Of a stretch of 58,428 nucleotides of DNA, positions 20,713-30,023 are shown one piece after another. The position numbers and the translations under genes were made by a program. Within the stretch, counting starts at the first letter, position 1, and each line of letters starts with the position of its first letter. This DNA comes from an uncultured Eubacteriales bacterium. GTDB taxonomy: Bacteria; Bacillota; Clostridia; TANB77; SIG350. The notes beneath the pieces were generated by a model, which saw nothing but the letters and a program-made list of their open reading frames with translations, made no database searches and was not told the origin of the DNA. Location: the NCBI GenBank assembly GCA_964520895.1, contig CAZFOR010000004.1:1-58428 (forward strand), in the 5' to 3' direction.

Positions 20713-21339
20713 ATGATTGAAAATATATGTGACAAAATAACAAATAAGATTAAGAGTAAAAATCCTAATATGGATACAGAGAGATTAGAAGTAATAAATT
20801 TTGGTTTACAAGTTTTAATTGGTGAAGTTCCTAAGATTATGCTAATATTTTTATTTGCTTGGTATTTTGAAATATTAAAATTAACTTTAATAACATTTGT
20901 AGCAATTTCAATATACAGAACACAGGCAGGTGGATTCCATTTGGAGGGACATTTAAGTTGTTTAGGTTTTAGTTTGTTAGTATTTTGTGGAACAAGTTTT
21001 TTAGCAAAAACAATTGTGACTGAAAACGTATATTTACTATATACTCTTTATGGACTAATATTAATTTTTAATTTGTTAGTAATAAATAAATATGCACCAG
21101 CAGATACAGAGAAAATACCAATTATAAATATGAAAAGAAGAAGAACAAAGAAAATCTGTTCATATATAGCAGTAATTATTTTATATGTATTTGCAATATT
21201 TATATCAACTGATCAAGTAGTATCAAATATATGTGTGTTAGCTACATTGATACAAAGTATATGCATGACACCAATAACATATAAAATATCTAAATGTGAA
21301 TATGGAGAAATTACAAAGTTAGAGATGGACATGATATAA
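20713..21339 (+). CDS. agrB: AgrB-family accessory gene regulator protein (AIP-processing membrane peptidase)
   Basis: 208 aa, polytopic, with the AgrB signature RTQAGGFH. It is followed by a short AgrD-like ORF. Confidence 0.85.
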   Translation: MIENICDKITNKIKSKNPNMDTERLEVINFGLQVLIGEVPKIMLIFLFAWYFEILKLTLITFVAISIYRTQAGGFHLEGHLSCLGFSLLVFCGTSFLAKTIVTENVYLLYTLYGLILIFNLLVINKYAPADTEKIPIINMKRRRTKKICSYIAVIILYVFAIFISTDQVVSNICVLATLIQSICMTPITYKISKCEYGEITKLEMDMI

Positions 21340-21436
21340 GATATATATATAATACATGGCACAAAAACTATATTATTACTTTTATCGCAGCTATGTATTA
21401 TTAATATAAATACAAGATATAGAAGGAGGTGAATTT

Positions 21437-21544
21437 ATGACAAAAATATTAGCTAACTTAGCTGAAAAATATGCTAAATTAGGTGCAACAAGTGTATTAT
21501 TTGTATGGCATCAACCTAAAGCACCTAAAAGCTTATTAAAATAA
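21437..21544 (+). CDS. agrD: AgrD-like autoinducing-peptide precursor, 35 aa, without cysteine (not in the ORF track)
   Basis: RBS GGAGGTGA lies 6 nt upstream. Translation: MTKILANLAEKYAKLGATSVLFVWHQPKAPKSLLK. It has an amphipathic N-terminus and a QPxxPKSL tail, and sits directly after agrB. Confidence 0.7.
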   Translation: MTKILANLAEKYAKLGATSVLFVWHQPKAPKSLLK

Positions 21545-21653
21545 ATAATATTTAGCTTACTTACTTTTACATAAAATGTAAAAAAGATTTCATATATTAA
21601 TTACCTTTAAACAACCATATAGATCCTAACTATATGGTTGTATTTTTATACAT

Positions 21654-22994
21654 TTAAAAAAGAACTTCAAGTTTTTGAATAAAGAATTTATCATTTTTAT
21701 TTGTTTTTAATTCAAGATTATCATATTTTTTTAATAATTCTTTTACCTCCCATAAACCAAATCCTGATTTTTTCTTTTTTGTTGAAAAATCTTTTTCAAA
21801 TATTTTGTTCGTATTTATATCCTTGTTTGCATATGTATTTTTAATAGTAAAGTTCTGTTTTCTATTGTAAAAATCAATTGATACATGTATTTCAACTAAT
21901 TTATCTTCACATAAACTAGCTGCTTCAATTGCATTATCAAATAATATTCCAAATATTTTAACAAAATCAAATATATTGGTATTTATTGTAGAATAATCAA
22001 AAAATGATATTAGATTAATTTTAACACCTTTTGTATCAGCATAATCATATTTTGCTAAGAACAATCCAAATAATGGAGGATTGTTTATTACATCAGGATT
22101 TAATAATGATAAATTATTTACTTTTTGTATTTCAGGAAGTAAACCAGTTTCATAATAATTTTCAAGACCATCTAAATCTTTCATTTGTATATATCCACCA
22201 ATTGCTTGAATGATATTATTTATATCGTGTTTAAAGCCTCTATTAGAATCAACTAATTTACTTAAATTTTTGTTATATAAATTTGCTGTTTCTAATTCTC
22301 TATCAGTAATATATGATTTGTTAAATTTATATGTATTGTATGTACCAATTAAGAAAAACACAAATGCACAAATTATATTGTATACAATATATGATGTTGG
22401 GATTTCCATATCAATTAAAATAAGAAATATCATATTTGGACAAACAATAAATAGTATAGCAAGTATCGTTAACGTAATTCTAAATTTATCTGCCTTATTT
22501 ATTTCATCAGATAAATTTAGATTAATTTTAAAAAATTTAGAAATGTATACTGTTATAAATGTTCCAAAATAAAGAAAAATGGTGAAAAGACATTTATATA
22601 TAGGTATAGAGTTAGCTTGATATATATCTAAAAATATAACTTTACAAACAAAAATATTAATTATATATTCAAAAAGTACAATTAATAATGATTGTATACA
22701 TTGTAAAATAATACTTTTAAATATAGATAAATTAAAGAGCTTAACCTCAAGTACAATAATTAACGCAAAAATTAAAATAAAACTGTAAGGCAGAGGTATA
22801 CTTAATCTTATTATACTGCACAATATTGTAGATATTATTAGAAATATTAATAATCTTTTTTTAGTTACATTTATATTATATATAGTTTTTGCTAGATAGT
22901 AGTATAAGCACATTTCGATTAAAGTTAATGGAAATGTTAAAATTCCACATAAAAACTGATTAGGTGTAAAAAAATAATTTATTATATTTTGCAT
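21654..22994 (-). CDS. AgrC-like sensor histidine kinase (6-7 TM sensor plus HPK10/GHKL), copy 1
   Basis: Polytopic N-terminal half, H-box FKHDINN, and C-terminal GHKL (FDNAIEA … SGFGLW). Its start overlaps the stop of the LytTR regulator gene. Confidence 0.85.
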   Translation of the reverse strand: MQNIINYFFTPNQFLCGILTFPLTLIEMCLYYYLAKTIYNINVTKKRLLIFLIISTILCSIIRLSIPLPYSFILIFALIIVLEVKLFNLSIFKSIILQCIQSLLIVLFEYIINIFVCKVIFLDIYQANSIPIYKCLFTIFLYFGTFITVYISKFFKINLNLSDEINKADKFRITLTILAILFIVCPNMIFLILIDMEIPTSYIVYNIICAFVFFLIGTYNTYKFNKSYITDRELETANLYNKNLSKLVDSNRGFKHDINNIIQAIGGYIQMKDLDGLENYYETGLLPEIQKVNNLSLLNPDVINNPPLFGLFLAKYDYADTKGVKINLISFFDYSTINTNIFDFVKIFGILFDNAIEAASLCEDKLVEIHVSIDFYNRKQNFTIKNTYANKDINTNKIFEKDFSTKKKKSGFGLWEVKELLKKYDNLELKTNKNDKFFIQKLEVLF

Positions 22995-23686
22995 GTTTGA
23001 ATACCTCCTAAATCTGGTAAAAATTTTGTACTATATTTTAATTCTTGTTTGTTTTTTAATATTATAGTTTTAGTTTTCTCATGAACGCAAACAATGTGGT
23101 TTCTATTTACTATATATGATTTACTTATCTGTATAAAGTTATCTGTCAGACAAGATAAAAGTTCTAAAAAAGAAATATACAATTCAATAGTATTGATAGT
23201 TGTATAAAAAATAGATTTAGTAACTTGTTTCTCAACATAAATTAGTTCATCTAAATTAATAATAGCATTTTTAATTTTAGTAAAATGTCCATGTGGAGTA
23301 TGTAACTTATTTTCATGTATTCTAACTAAGGTTTCTTCTAAATGAGGGTTTATAGAGGGCTTTGGAATAAAGTCAAAAGGATTGCAAGTAAAAGACAATG
23401 GCATCTTATCCATTCTTGAAGAAAGAAAAACAATAATAATATTTTTATCAATTTTACGCAGTTTGTTACCAAGATCTATACCATCCATATGGTTAGTTTT
23501 TAAATCAATATCTAGTAACAAAATATCAGTTTTATTCTCAGAAGCATAATTATATACTTTATCAGGGTCGCCAGTTGACAAAACACATTTTAAATCTAAA
23601 TCATGTTTGATAGAAATTTTCTTAAGACTTAATTCAACATCTTTTCTAATTATTTCTTCATCATCACAAATAATAATATTTAACAT
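22982..23686 (-). CDS. LytTR-family response regulator (AgrA-like), copy 1
   Basis: Receiver domain (IIICDDE … LLLDIDL) plus a C-terminal LytTR domain (ELIYVEK … ISKSYIVNRNHI). Confidence 0.85.
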   Translation of the reverse strand: MLNIIICDDEEIIRKDVELSLKKISIKHDLDLKCVLSTGDPDKVYNYASENKTDILLLDIDLKTNHMDGIDLGNKLRKIDKNIIIVFLSSRMDKMPLSFTCNPFDFIPKPSINPHLEETLVRIHENKLHTPHGHFTKIKNAIINLDELIYVEKQVTKSIFYTTINTIELYISFLELLSCLTDNFIQISKSYIVNRNHIVCVHEKTKTIILKNKQELKYSTKFLPDLGGIQTCKI

Positions 23687-23845
23687 AAAATCCCCACTTT
23701 CTGAATATATTTTAATTAAGAATAAACAGACTTGAGCAACACAAAATATTCAACTTAACATATTTAAAACCGACATTAATATATTATTACTTTTGTATAA
23801 TTTTGTCAATTAGTTTTTGAAAAGATATAAAATGTGAAAAGATAT

Positions 23846-23883
23846 AAAGGAACTCATATTTTTTAAAAATATGAGTTCCTTTT
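23846..23883. terminator. Long palindromic bidirectional terminator downstream of abiEii
   Basis: AAAGGAACTCATATTTTT / AAAAATATGAGTTCCTTT. Confidence 0.65.
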
Positions 23884-23897
23884 GAATATATAATGAA

Positions 23898-24741
23898 TTA
23901 TTTTATAATGTTTGCAATTTCTTTTACTGCTAATATTGTTTCTTCATAAGTAATATCTTCAGCATAAAAGTAATCTCTTCTATAATTGTTCCAAAGTTTT
24001 TTTAATGTATCATCTGTTTCAATTGTATTAATTATTAAATCGATTTGCTCTAAGTTGCTTTGTGTTTCTCTAGAATTAAATTTATTAATAATTGCTTTTT
24101 TTAATATATTTTTATTATAGTTTTGACTTTGTAGTTTTTGTATAATGTACAAATCATAGAAATCTCTGGCTCTCGTATTTGCAGTACTTCTTGATATAAT
24201 AGTTTCGAACTTTTCACTTATAATAGTTTCCAAATTATAAGCTAGAACATTAATCTTTCTATCTTCAAATAATAAATCAAATTCATATTCTATTTCACTC
24301 GGAGTTATTGTGTCACCAGTTGTTATATCAATTCTGAAATTATGAATTATTGTTTGAAATTTTGCATTTAGTGTTACTCTATATCCTAAATAATCTGCTT
24401 CATCCCTAATATTTTTAATCATGACTATTTCAAAAGACACATCATCATCAACATCTATTTGTATGATTTCATTTAATATTTCATTTAATTTTACTTCTGA
24501 TAATTCAAAACCTTTTATTGTTGCATCCATATCTAATGTGTTTCGTAGATCTATTCCTACCATTGCACTTATTAGCATTCCGACCTTTTAATATAAAATT
24601 ATTTTTATATTTTGAAATAGATATTCTTTCCAACAATCTTTCTAGCATATAGTTTTGCAGTATAATATTGGCATTGACATTTGTATCTTTTGATAAATTT
24701 CGTATCCATGCTTTTAATTGTGCTGGGTTTTTAGCTATCAC
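23898..24741 (-). pseudogene. AbiEii/AbiGii-family nucleotidyltransferase toxin (type IV TA), frameshifted
   Basis: ORFs 24505..24741 (…NFILKGR) and 23898..24578 (MLISAMVGIDLRNTLDMDA…) together span about 281 codons. There is a one-base shift near 24576-24586. Confidence 0.7.
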
Positions 24742-25331
24742 ATTAACACCTCCATATAATTTTTTACTTTTTCAATAATATTTAATTTTTCTGCATACTC
24801 GTATAATTTTATAATGTTTTTATCTTTTCTTTCAACATATCTTTTCATTGCATCGGAAAATAAAGAAGCATCAATTTTATCTTTGTTTCGTATAATATCA
24901 CAAATAGTTCTTTCTAAATCATAACAATAAACTTCGTTTTGAAAAGGTGTCTTAATTTTTGTCTTGCCAATTTCATATAATTCTTCTTTTAAGTAAAAAA
25001 ACACATAATTATTATCTTTTAAAAGTCTACTATTATAATTTGAAGGAACAGTAGACATTAGTTTAATTGGTGTTCTATCAGATAATTGGTGAAAATATAA
25101 AGCTGTTGAATGTGAAAAAATAGCCTTATTACATATATGTTGAAAAACAACATAATTATCTTCGATAATATTGTTGTCTATATATAGTCCTCTTTCTATT
25201 CTTTCTATCAATCCTTTTTGAACTAGTCTTGTTAATGACATTTTACTAATATTTTCTTTTTTTAATAAAGATGTTTTTATAATGCCATTGCTATTTTTCA
25301 ATAATTCTAATACTTTTTCTTCATCAGTCAT
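24738..25331 (-). CDS. AbiEi-family antitoxin/transcriptional regulator (type IV TA)
   Basis: wHTH N-terminus (MSLTRLVQKGLIERIERGLY). Its stop overlaps the abiEii start by 4 nt. ATG at 25331 follows GGAGGTAA. Confidence 0.75.
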   Translation of the reverse strand: MTDEEKVLELLKNSNGIIKTSLLKKENISKMSLTRLVQKGLIERIERGLYIDNNIIEDNYVVFQHICNKAIFSHSTALYFHQLSDRTPIKLMSTVPSNYNSRLLKDNNYVFFYLKEELYEIGKTKIKTPFQNEVYCYDLERTICDIIRNKDKIDASLFSDAMKRYVERKDKNIIKLYEYAEKLNIIEKVKNYMEVLM

Positions 25332-25519
25332 ATTTGTTACCTCCGTTCGTATATATTTTAGCATATCCGAATAGAGGTAACAAGTCTTTTTAATAAAAAT
25401 ATAATTTTATCTATAAAAAATTATTACATATAAAGATATATTTGGTATATAAAATAAAAAAATAGAAGAACCAAATAGTGGAGATATAAATGGTTTTTCT
25501 ATTTTATAAATATTTGAGT

Positions 25520-26860
25520 TTAAAAAAGAACTTCAAGTTTTTGAATAAAGAATTTATCATTTTTATTTGTTTTTAATTCAAGATTATCATATTTTTTTAA
25601 TAATTCTTTTACCTCCCATAAACCAAATCCTGATTTTTTCTTTTTTGTTGAAAAATCTTTTTCAAATATTTTGTTCGTATTTATATCCTTGTTTGCATAT
25701 GTATTTTTAATAGTAAAGTTCTGTTTTCTATTGTAAAAATCAATTGATACATGTATTTCAACTAATTTATCTTCACATAAACTAGCTGCTTCAATTGCAT
25801 TATCAAATAATATTCCAAATATTTTAACAAAATCAAATATATTGGTATTTATTGTAGAATAATCAAAAAATGATATTAGATTAATTTTAACACCTTTTGT
25901 ATCAGCATAATCATATTTTGCTAAGAACAATCCAAATAATGGAGGATTGTTTATTACATCAGGATTTAATAATGATAAATTATTTACTTTTTGTATTTCA
26001 GGAAGTAAACCAGTTTCATAATAATTTTCAAGACCATCTAAATCTTTCATTTGTATATATCCACCAATTGCTTGAATGATATTATTTATATCGTGTTTAA
26101 AGCCTCTATTAGAATCAACTAATTTACTTAAATTTTTGTTATATAAATTTGCTGTTTCTAATTCTCTATCAGTAATATATGATTTGTTAAATTTATATGT
26201 ATTGTATGTACCAATTAAGAAAAACACAAATGCACAAATTATATTGTATACAATATATGATGTTGGGATTTCCATATCAATTAAAATAAGAAATATCATA
26301 TTTGGACAAACAATAAATAGTATAGCAAGTATCGTTAACGTAATTCTAAATTTATCTGCCTTATTTATTTCATCAGATAAATTTAGATTAATTTTAAAAA
26401 ATTTAGAAATGTATACTGTTATAAATGTTCCAAAATAAAGAAAAATGGTGAAAAGACATTTATATATAGGTATAGAGTTAGCTTGATATATATCTAAAAA
26501 TATAACTTTACAAACAAAAATATTAATTATATATTCAAAAAGTACAATTAATAATGATTGTATACATTGTAAAATAATACTTTTAAATATAGATAAATTA
26601 AAGAGCTTAACCTCAAGTACAATAATTAACGCAAAAATTAAAATAAAACTGTAAGGCAGAGGTATACTTAATCTTATTATACTGCACAATATTGTAGATA
26701 TTATTAGAAATATTAATAATCTTTTTTTAGTTACATTTATATTATATATAGTTTTTGCTAGATAGTAGTATAAGCACATTTCGATTAAAGTTAATGGAAA
26801 TGTTAAAATTCCACATAAAAACTGATTAGGTGTAAAAAAATAATTTATTATATTTTGCAT
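25520..26860 (-). CDS. AgrC-like sensor histidine kinase, copy 2 (protein identical to copy 1)
   Basis: The 446-aa translation is identical to 21654..22994. Confidence 0.85.
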   Translation of the reverse strand: MQNIINYFFTPNQFLCGILTFPLTLIEMCLYYYLAKTIYNINVTKKRLLIFLIISTILCSIIRLSIPLPYSFILIFALIIVLEVKLFNLSIFKSIILQCIQSLLIVLFEYIINIFVCKVIFLDIYQANSIPIYKCLFTIFLYFGTFITVYISKFFKINLNLSDEINKADKFRITLTILAILFIVCPNMIFLILIDMEIPTSYIVYNIICAFVFFLIGTYNTYKFNKSYITDRELETANLYNKNLSKLVDSNRGFKHDINNIIQAIGGYIQMKDLDGLENYYETGLLPEIQKVNNLSLLNPDVINNPPLFGLFLAKYDYADTKGVKINLISFFDYSTINTNIFDFVKIFGILFDNAIEAASLCEDKLVEIHVSIDFYNRKQNFTIKNTYANKDINTNKIFEKDFSTKKKKSGFGLWEVKELLKKYDNLELKTNKNDKFFIQKLEVLF

Positions 26861-27552
26861 GTTTGAATACCTCCTAAATCTGGTAAAAATTTTGTACTAT
26901 ATTTTAATTCTTGTTTGTTTTTTAATATTATAGTTTTAGTTTTCTCATGAACGCAAACAATGTGGTTTCTATTTACTATATATGATTTACTTATCTGTAT
27001 AAAGTTATCTGTCAGACAAGATAAAAGTTCTAAAAAAGAAATATACAATTCAATAGTATTGATAGTTGTATAAAAAATAGATTTAGTAACTTGTTTCTCA
27101 ACATAAATTAGTTCATCTAAATTAATAATAGCATTTTTAATTTTAGTAAAATGTCCATGTGGAGTATGTAACTTATTTTCATGTATTCTAACTAAGGTTT
27201 CTTCTAAATGAGGGTTTATAGAGGGCTTTGGAATAAAGTCAAAAGGATTGCAAGTAAAAGACAATGGCATCTTATCCATTCTTGAAGAAAGAAAAACAAT
27301 AATAATATTTTTATCAATTTTACGCAGTTTGTTACCAAGATCTATACCATCCATATGGTTAGTTTTTAAATCAATATCTAGTAACAAAATATCAGTTTTA
27401 TTCTCAGAAGCATAATTATATACTTTATCAGGGTCGCCAGTTGACAAAACACATTTTAAATCTAAATCATGTTTGATAGAAATTTTCTTAAGACTTAATT
27501 CAACATCTTTTCTAATTATTTCTTCATCATCACAAATAATAATATTTAACAT
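26848..27552 (-). CDS. LytTR-family response regulator, copy 2 (protein identical to copy 1)
   Basis: The 234-aa translation is identical to 22982..23686. Confidence 0.85.
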   Translation of the reverse strand: MLNIIICDDEEIIRKDVELSLKKISIKHDLDLKCVLSTGDPDKVYNYASENKTDILLLDIDLKTNHMDGIDLGNKLRKIDKNIIIVFLSSRMDKMPLSFTCNPFDFIPKPSINPHLEETLVRIHENKLHTPHGHFTKIKNAIINLDELIYVEKQVTKSIFYTTINTIELYISFLELLSCLTDNFIQISKSYIVNRNHIVCVHEKTKTIILKNKQELKYSTKFLPDLGGIQTCKI

Positions 27553-27702
27553 AAAATCCCCACTTTCTGAATATATTTTAATTAAGAATAAACAGACTTG
27601 AGCAACACAAAATATTCAACTTAACATATTTTAAAACGACATTAATATATTATTACTTTTGTATAATTTTGTCAATTAGTTTTTTGAAAAGAGGTATATT
27701 GT

Positions 27703-28503
27703 ATGAAAAAAAATATTATTTATATATTAATATTAGTAATTATATTATTGATATTTATACTATTAAAATTTAACAATAGCGTAATATCAGTATCTTCAAA
27801 CAACATTGCAAATGATAAAAAAGTTTGCTGGGGATTAGTACGAAAAAATAATAACGAGCAACCTGATTTTCATAAACCAGATACAAATATTTTAGATAAA
27901 TATAACGGAATATATGTAGGAAATAATGAAAAGAAATACTTATATCTAACATTTGACGAAGGATATGAAAATGGATATACTGCTCAAATATTAGATGTAC
28001 TAAAACAAAATAATGTAAAAGCAGCCTTTTTTATAACATCAGATTATTTAAAAACAAGTAGTGATTTAGTAAAAAGAATAATTGATGAAGGTCATATCCT
28101 AGGCAATCATACAAACAAACATCCAAGTCTTCCAAGTTTAATTAATGAAAAAGCTGTAAAAGATGAGCTTATTATTTTAGAACAAAAGGTAATGGATGAT
28201 TATGGATATAAGATGGAATTTTTTAGACCACCAAAAGGAGAATACAACGAGTTTAGTATGAAATGTATAAATGAGTTAGGATATACAACTGTTATGTGGT
28301 CATTTGCATATGATGACTGGAATGTTAATTCACAAAAAGGTGAAGAGTATGCAAAACAAAAAATAATTGATAATTTCCATCCAGGTTCAATAATGTTATT
28401 ACATGCAGTGTCAAAAGATAACGCAAATGTATTAGACTATGTTATTAAAAATGCTATTGAGCAGGGATATGAGTTTAAAAGTTTAGATGAATTTGAAAGA
28501 TAA
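27703..28503 (+). CDS. Polysaccharide deacetylase of the sporulation PdaA/PdaB type (delta-lactam-biosynthetic de-N-acetylase-like)
   Basis: N-terminal TM, then NodB-domain motifs LTFDEGY, GNHTNKHPS, FRPPKG, LLH. Confidence 0.75.
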   Translation: MKKNIIYILILVIILLIFILLKFNNSVISVSSNNIANDKKVCWGLVRKNNNEQPDFHKPDTNILDKYNGIYVGNNEKKYLYLTFDEGYENGYTAQILDVLKQNNVKAAFFITSDYLKTSSDLVKRIIDEGHILGNHTNKHPSLPSLINEKAVKDELIILEQKVMDDYGYKMEFFRPPKGEYNEFSMKCINELGYTTVMWSFAYDDWNVNSQKGEEYAKQKIIDNFHPGSIMLLHAVSKDNANVLDYVIKNAIEQGYEFKSLDEFER

Positions 28504-28516
28504 TTATGAGGTGAAT

Positions 28517-28783
28517 ATGTTTAAGAAAATTAAGAAGATTGAGCAAGCCCTAGAAATATCCGAAGGTATAATAGATGATATTACAAAAGTAAGTTGTTTG
28601 GGAAATGAGAAAGTAATTATTGAAAATTATTTAGGAATATTAGAATATGAAGATTATATGATTAGAATAAATACAGGGTCAGGTGATATATTTATTTATG
28701 GAACTAATTTAGTAATAAATGAACTTAGTAAAGATGATATCCTTATAAATGGTAAGATACATAATATAGAATTTGAAGATTAA
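28517..28783 (+). CDS. yqfC: Sporulation protein YqfC
   Basis: 88 aa, YabP/YqfC-like (ITKVSCLGNEKVIIENYLGILEYEDYMIRI). It lies immediately upstream of yqfD. Confidence 0.8.
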   Translation: MFKKIKKIEQALEISEGIIDDITKVSCLGNEKVIIENYLGILEYEDYMIRINTGSGDIFIYGTNLVINELSKDDILINGKIHNIEFED

Positions 28784-28821
28784 CAAAAAATATAATAGAT
28801 AAAAGAAAGGTAGGAATATAT

Positions 28822-30003
28822 ATGTTACTTACATATATTAAAAATATTTTATTTGGAAAAATAACAATATTAGTTGAAGGTTTTTTTATAGAAAAATATA
28901 TTAACATTTGTATGGTAAGAAGGATAGGGCTATATAATATTAGAAGAGAAAATAGTTCTATTTTTCTTGCTGATACAACAATTAAAGAATTTAAAAAATT
29001 AAAAAGTGTTTGTAAAAAAACAAAATGTAAAATGAAGATAGTTAAAAAAACCGGACTACCTTTTTTATTACATAAATATAGAAAAAGAAAAATAACGATT
29101 TTAATGATAGTACTAGCAATTGCAATGATAGTATTTGCAAATAGCTTTATATTTAATATTCAAGTAATTAATAGTGATGATTTAGAATATAATCAAATGC
29201 TAATAGATAAATTAAAAGAATATAATGTAGATAAATTTACATGCAAGTATTTTATTGACAATGACTATATAAAAAACCAAATGATAATAGGGATAGAGGA
29301 CTTATCATGGATAGAATTAAATGTAAAAGGTGTTACATTATTAGTAGATATACATAGAAGAGATTTAAAACCTAATATTGTTGATAAAAATGTTGCATGT
29401 AATATTGTAGCTACGAAACCTGGCGTTATTGAAAAAGTAGTTGTAAGGGAAGGATTTAAAGCAGTAGAAATAGGTGGGGTAGTTGATGTAGGAGATATAT
29501 TAATATCAGGTATTATACCATCTACATTAATTAATGATAGATTTGTGCATTCAGATGGTGAAGTTTTCGCAAAAGTGTGGTATAGTAAAAAAGTAGAAAT
29601 ACCGTTTTATGAGGAAAAAATAACATATACAGGTAATGAAGAAAAAAAATATGGAATAAATTTTATAAATAAAAAACTTTTTTTCTCAAAACTATCTACA
29701 AATTTTAAAGAATATGATACAATGTTAAATGAAAAAAGAATATCCGTAGATAAATACGTTTTACCAATAAAATATTATGAAGTTGTTTATACAGAAAAAA
29801 ATACTCAGATAATAAATAGAACAAAAGATGAAGCAATAAATTACGGGTTAGATGTATTACAAAAAGAACTAAAAGAAATGATTCCACAAGATACAGGTAT
29901 TTTAGATACTAGAAATATTATTACAGAAAAGTTAAACGGGGTTGAAGTTGAACTAATATACGAATGCTCAGAGCAAATAGGAACAGAAGAGAAAATAAAT
30001 TAA
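28822..30003 (+). CDS. yqfD: Sporulation protein YqfD (stage IV)
   Basis: 393 aa with a central TM. The YqfD-like length and its position after yqfC support the call. Confidence 0.75.
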   Translation: MLLTYIKNILFGKITILVEGFFIEKYINICMVRRIGLYNIRRENSSIFLADTTIKEFKKLKSVCKKTKCKMKIVKKTGLPFLLHKYRKRKITILMIVLAIAMIVFANSFIFNIQVINSDDLEYNQMLIDKLKEYNVDKFTCKYFIDNDYIKNQMIIGIEDLSWIELNVKGVTLLVDIHRRDLKPNIVDKNVACNIVATKPGVIEKVVVREGFKAVEIGGVVDVGDILISGIIPSTLINDRFVHSDGEVFAKVWYSKKVEIPFYEEKITYTGNEEKKYGINFINKKLFFSKLSTNFKEYDTMLNEKRISVDKYVLPIKYYEVVYTEKNTQIINRTKDEAINYGLDVLQKELKEMIPQDTGILDTRNIITEKLNGVEVELIYECSEQIGTEEKIN

Positions 30004-30023
30004 TTACGAGGGGGAAATATACG

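Larger units (their letters stand above)
21653..23825. repeat. 2.17-kb direct repeat, copy 1 (kinase, regulator and their upstream region)
   Basis: It matches 25519..27692 at an offset of 3866. Both encoded proteins are identical in the two copies. The only differences seen are at 23766/23770 and one T in the 23814-23818 run. Confidence 0.95.
25519..27692. repeat. 2.17-kb direct repeat, copy 2
   Basis: See copy 1. The right end runs into the RBS of the pdaA-like gene. Confidence 0.95.

Noticed and set aside
22031-22572. Plus-strand ORFs (60 and 120 aa) inside the AgrC-like kinase gene, duplicated at 25897-26438
   Set aside because: They are duplicated only because the whole segment is duplicated. 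They are antisense to the kinase and carry no motifs.
21653-27692. The 2.17-kb direct repeats as insertion sequences or a composite transposon
   Set aside because: The repeats encode only a kinase and a response regulator. There is no transposase or recombinase, no terminal inverted repeats and no target-site duplication.
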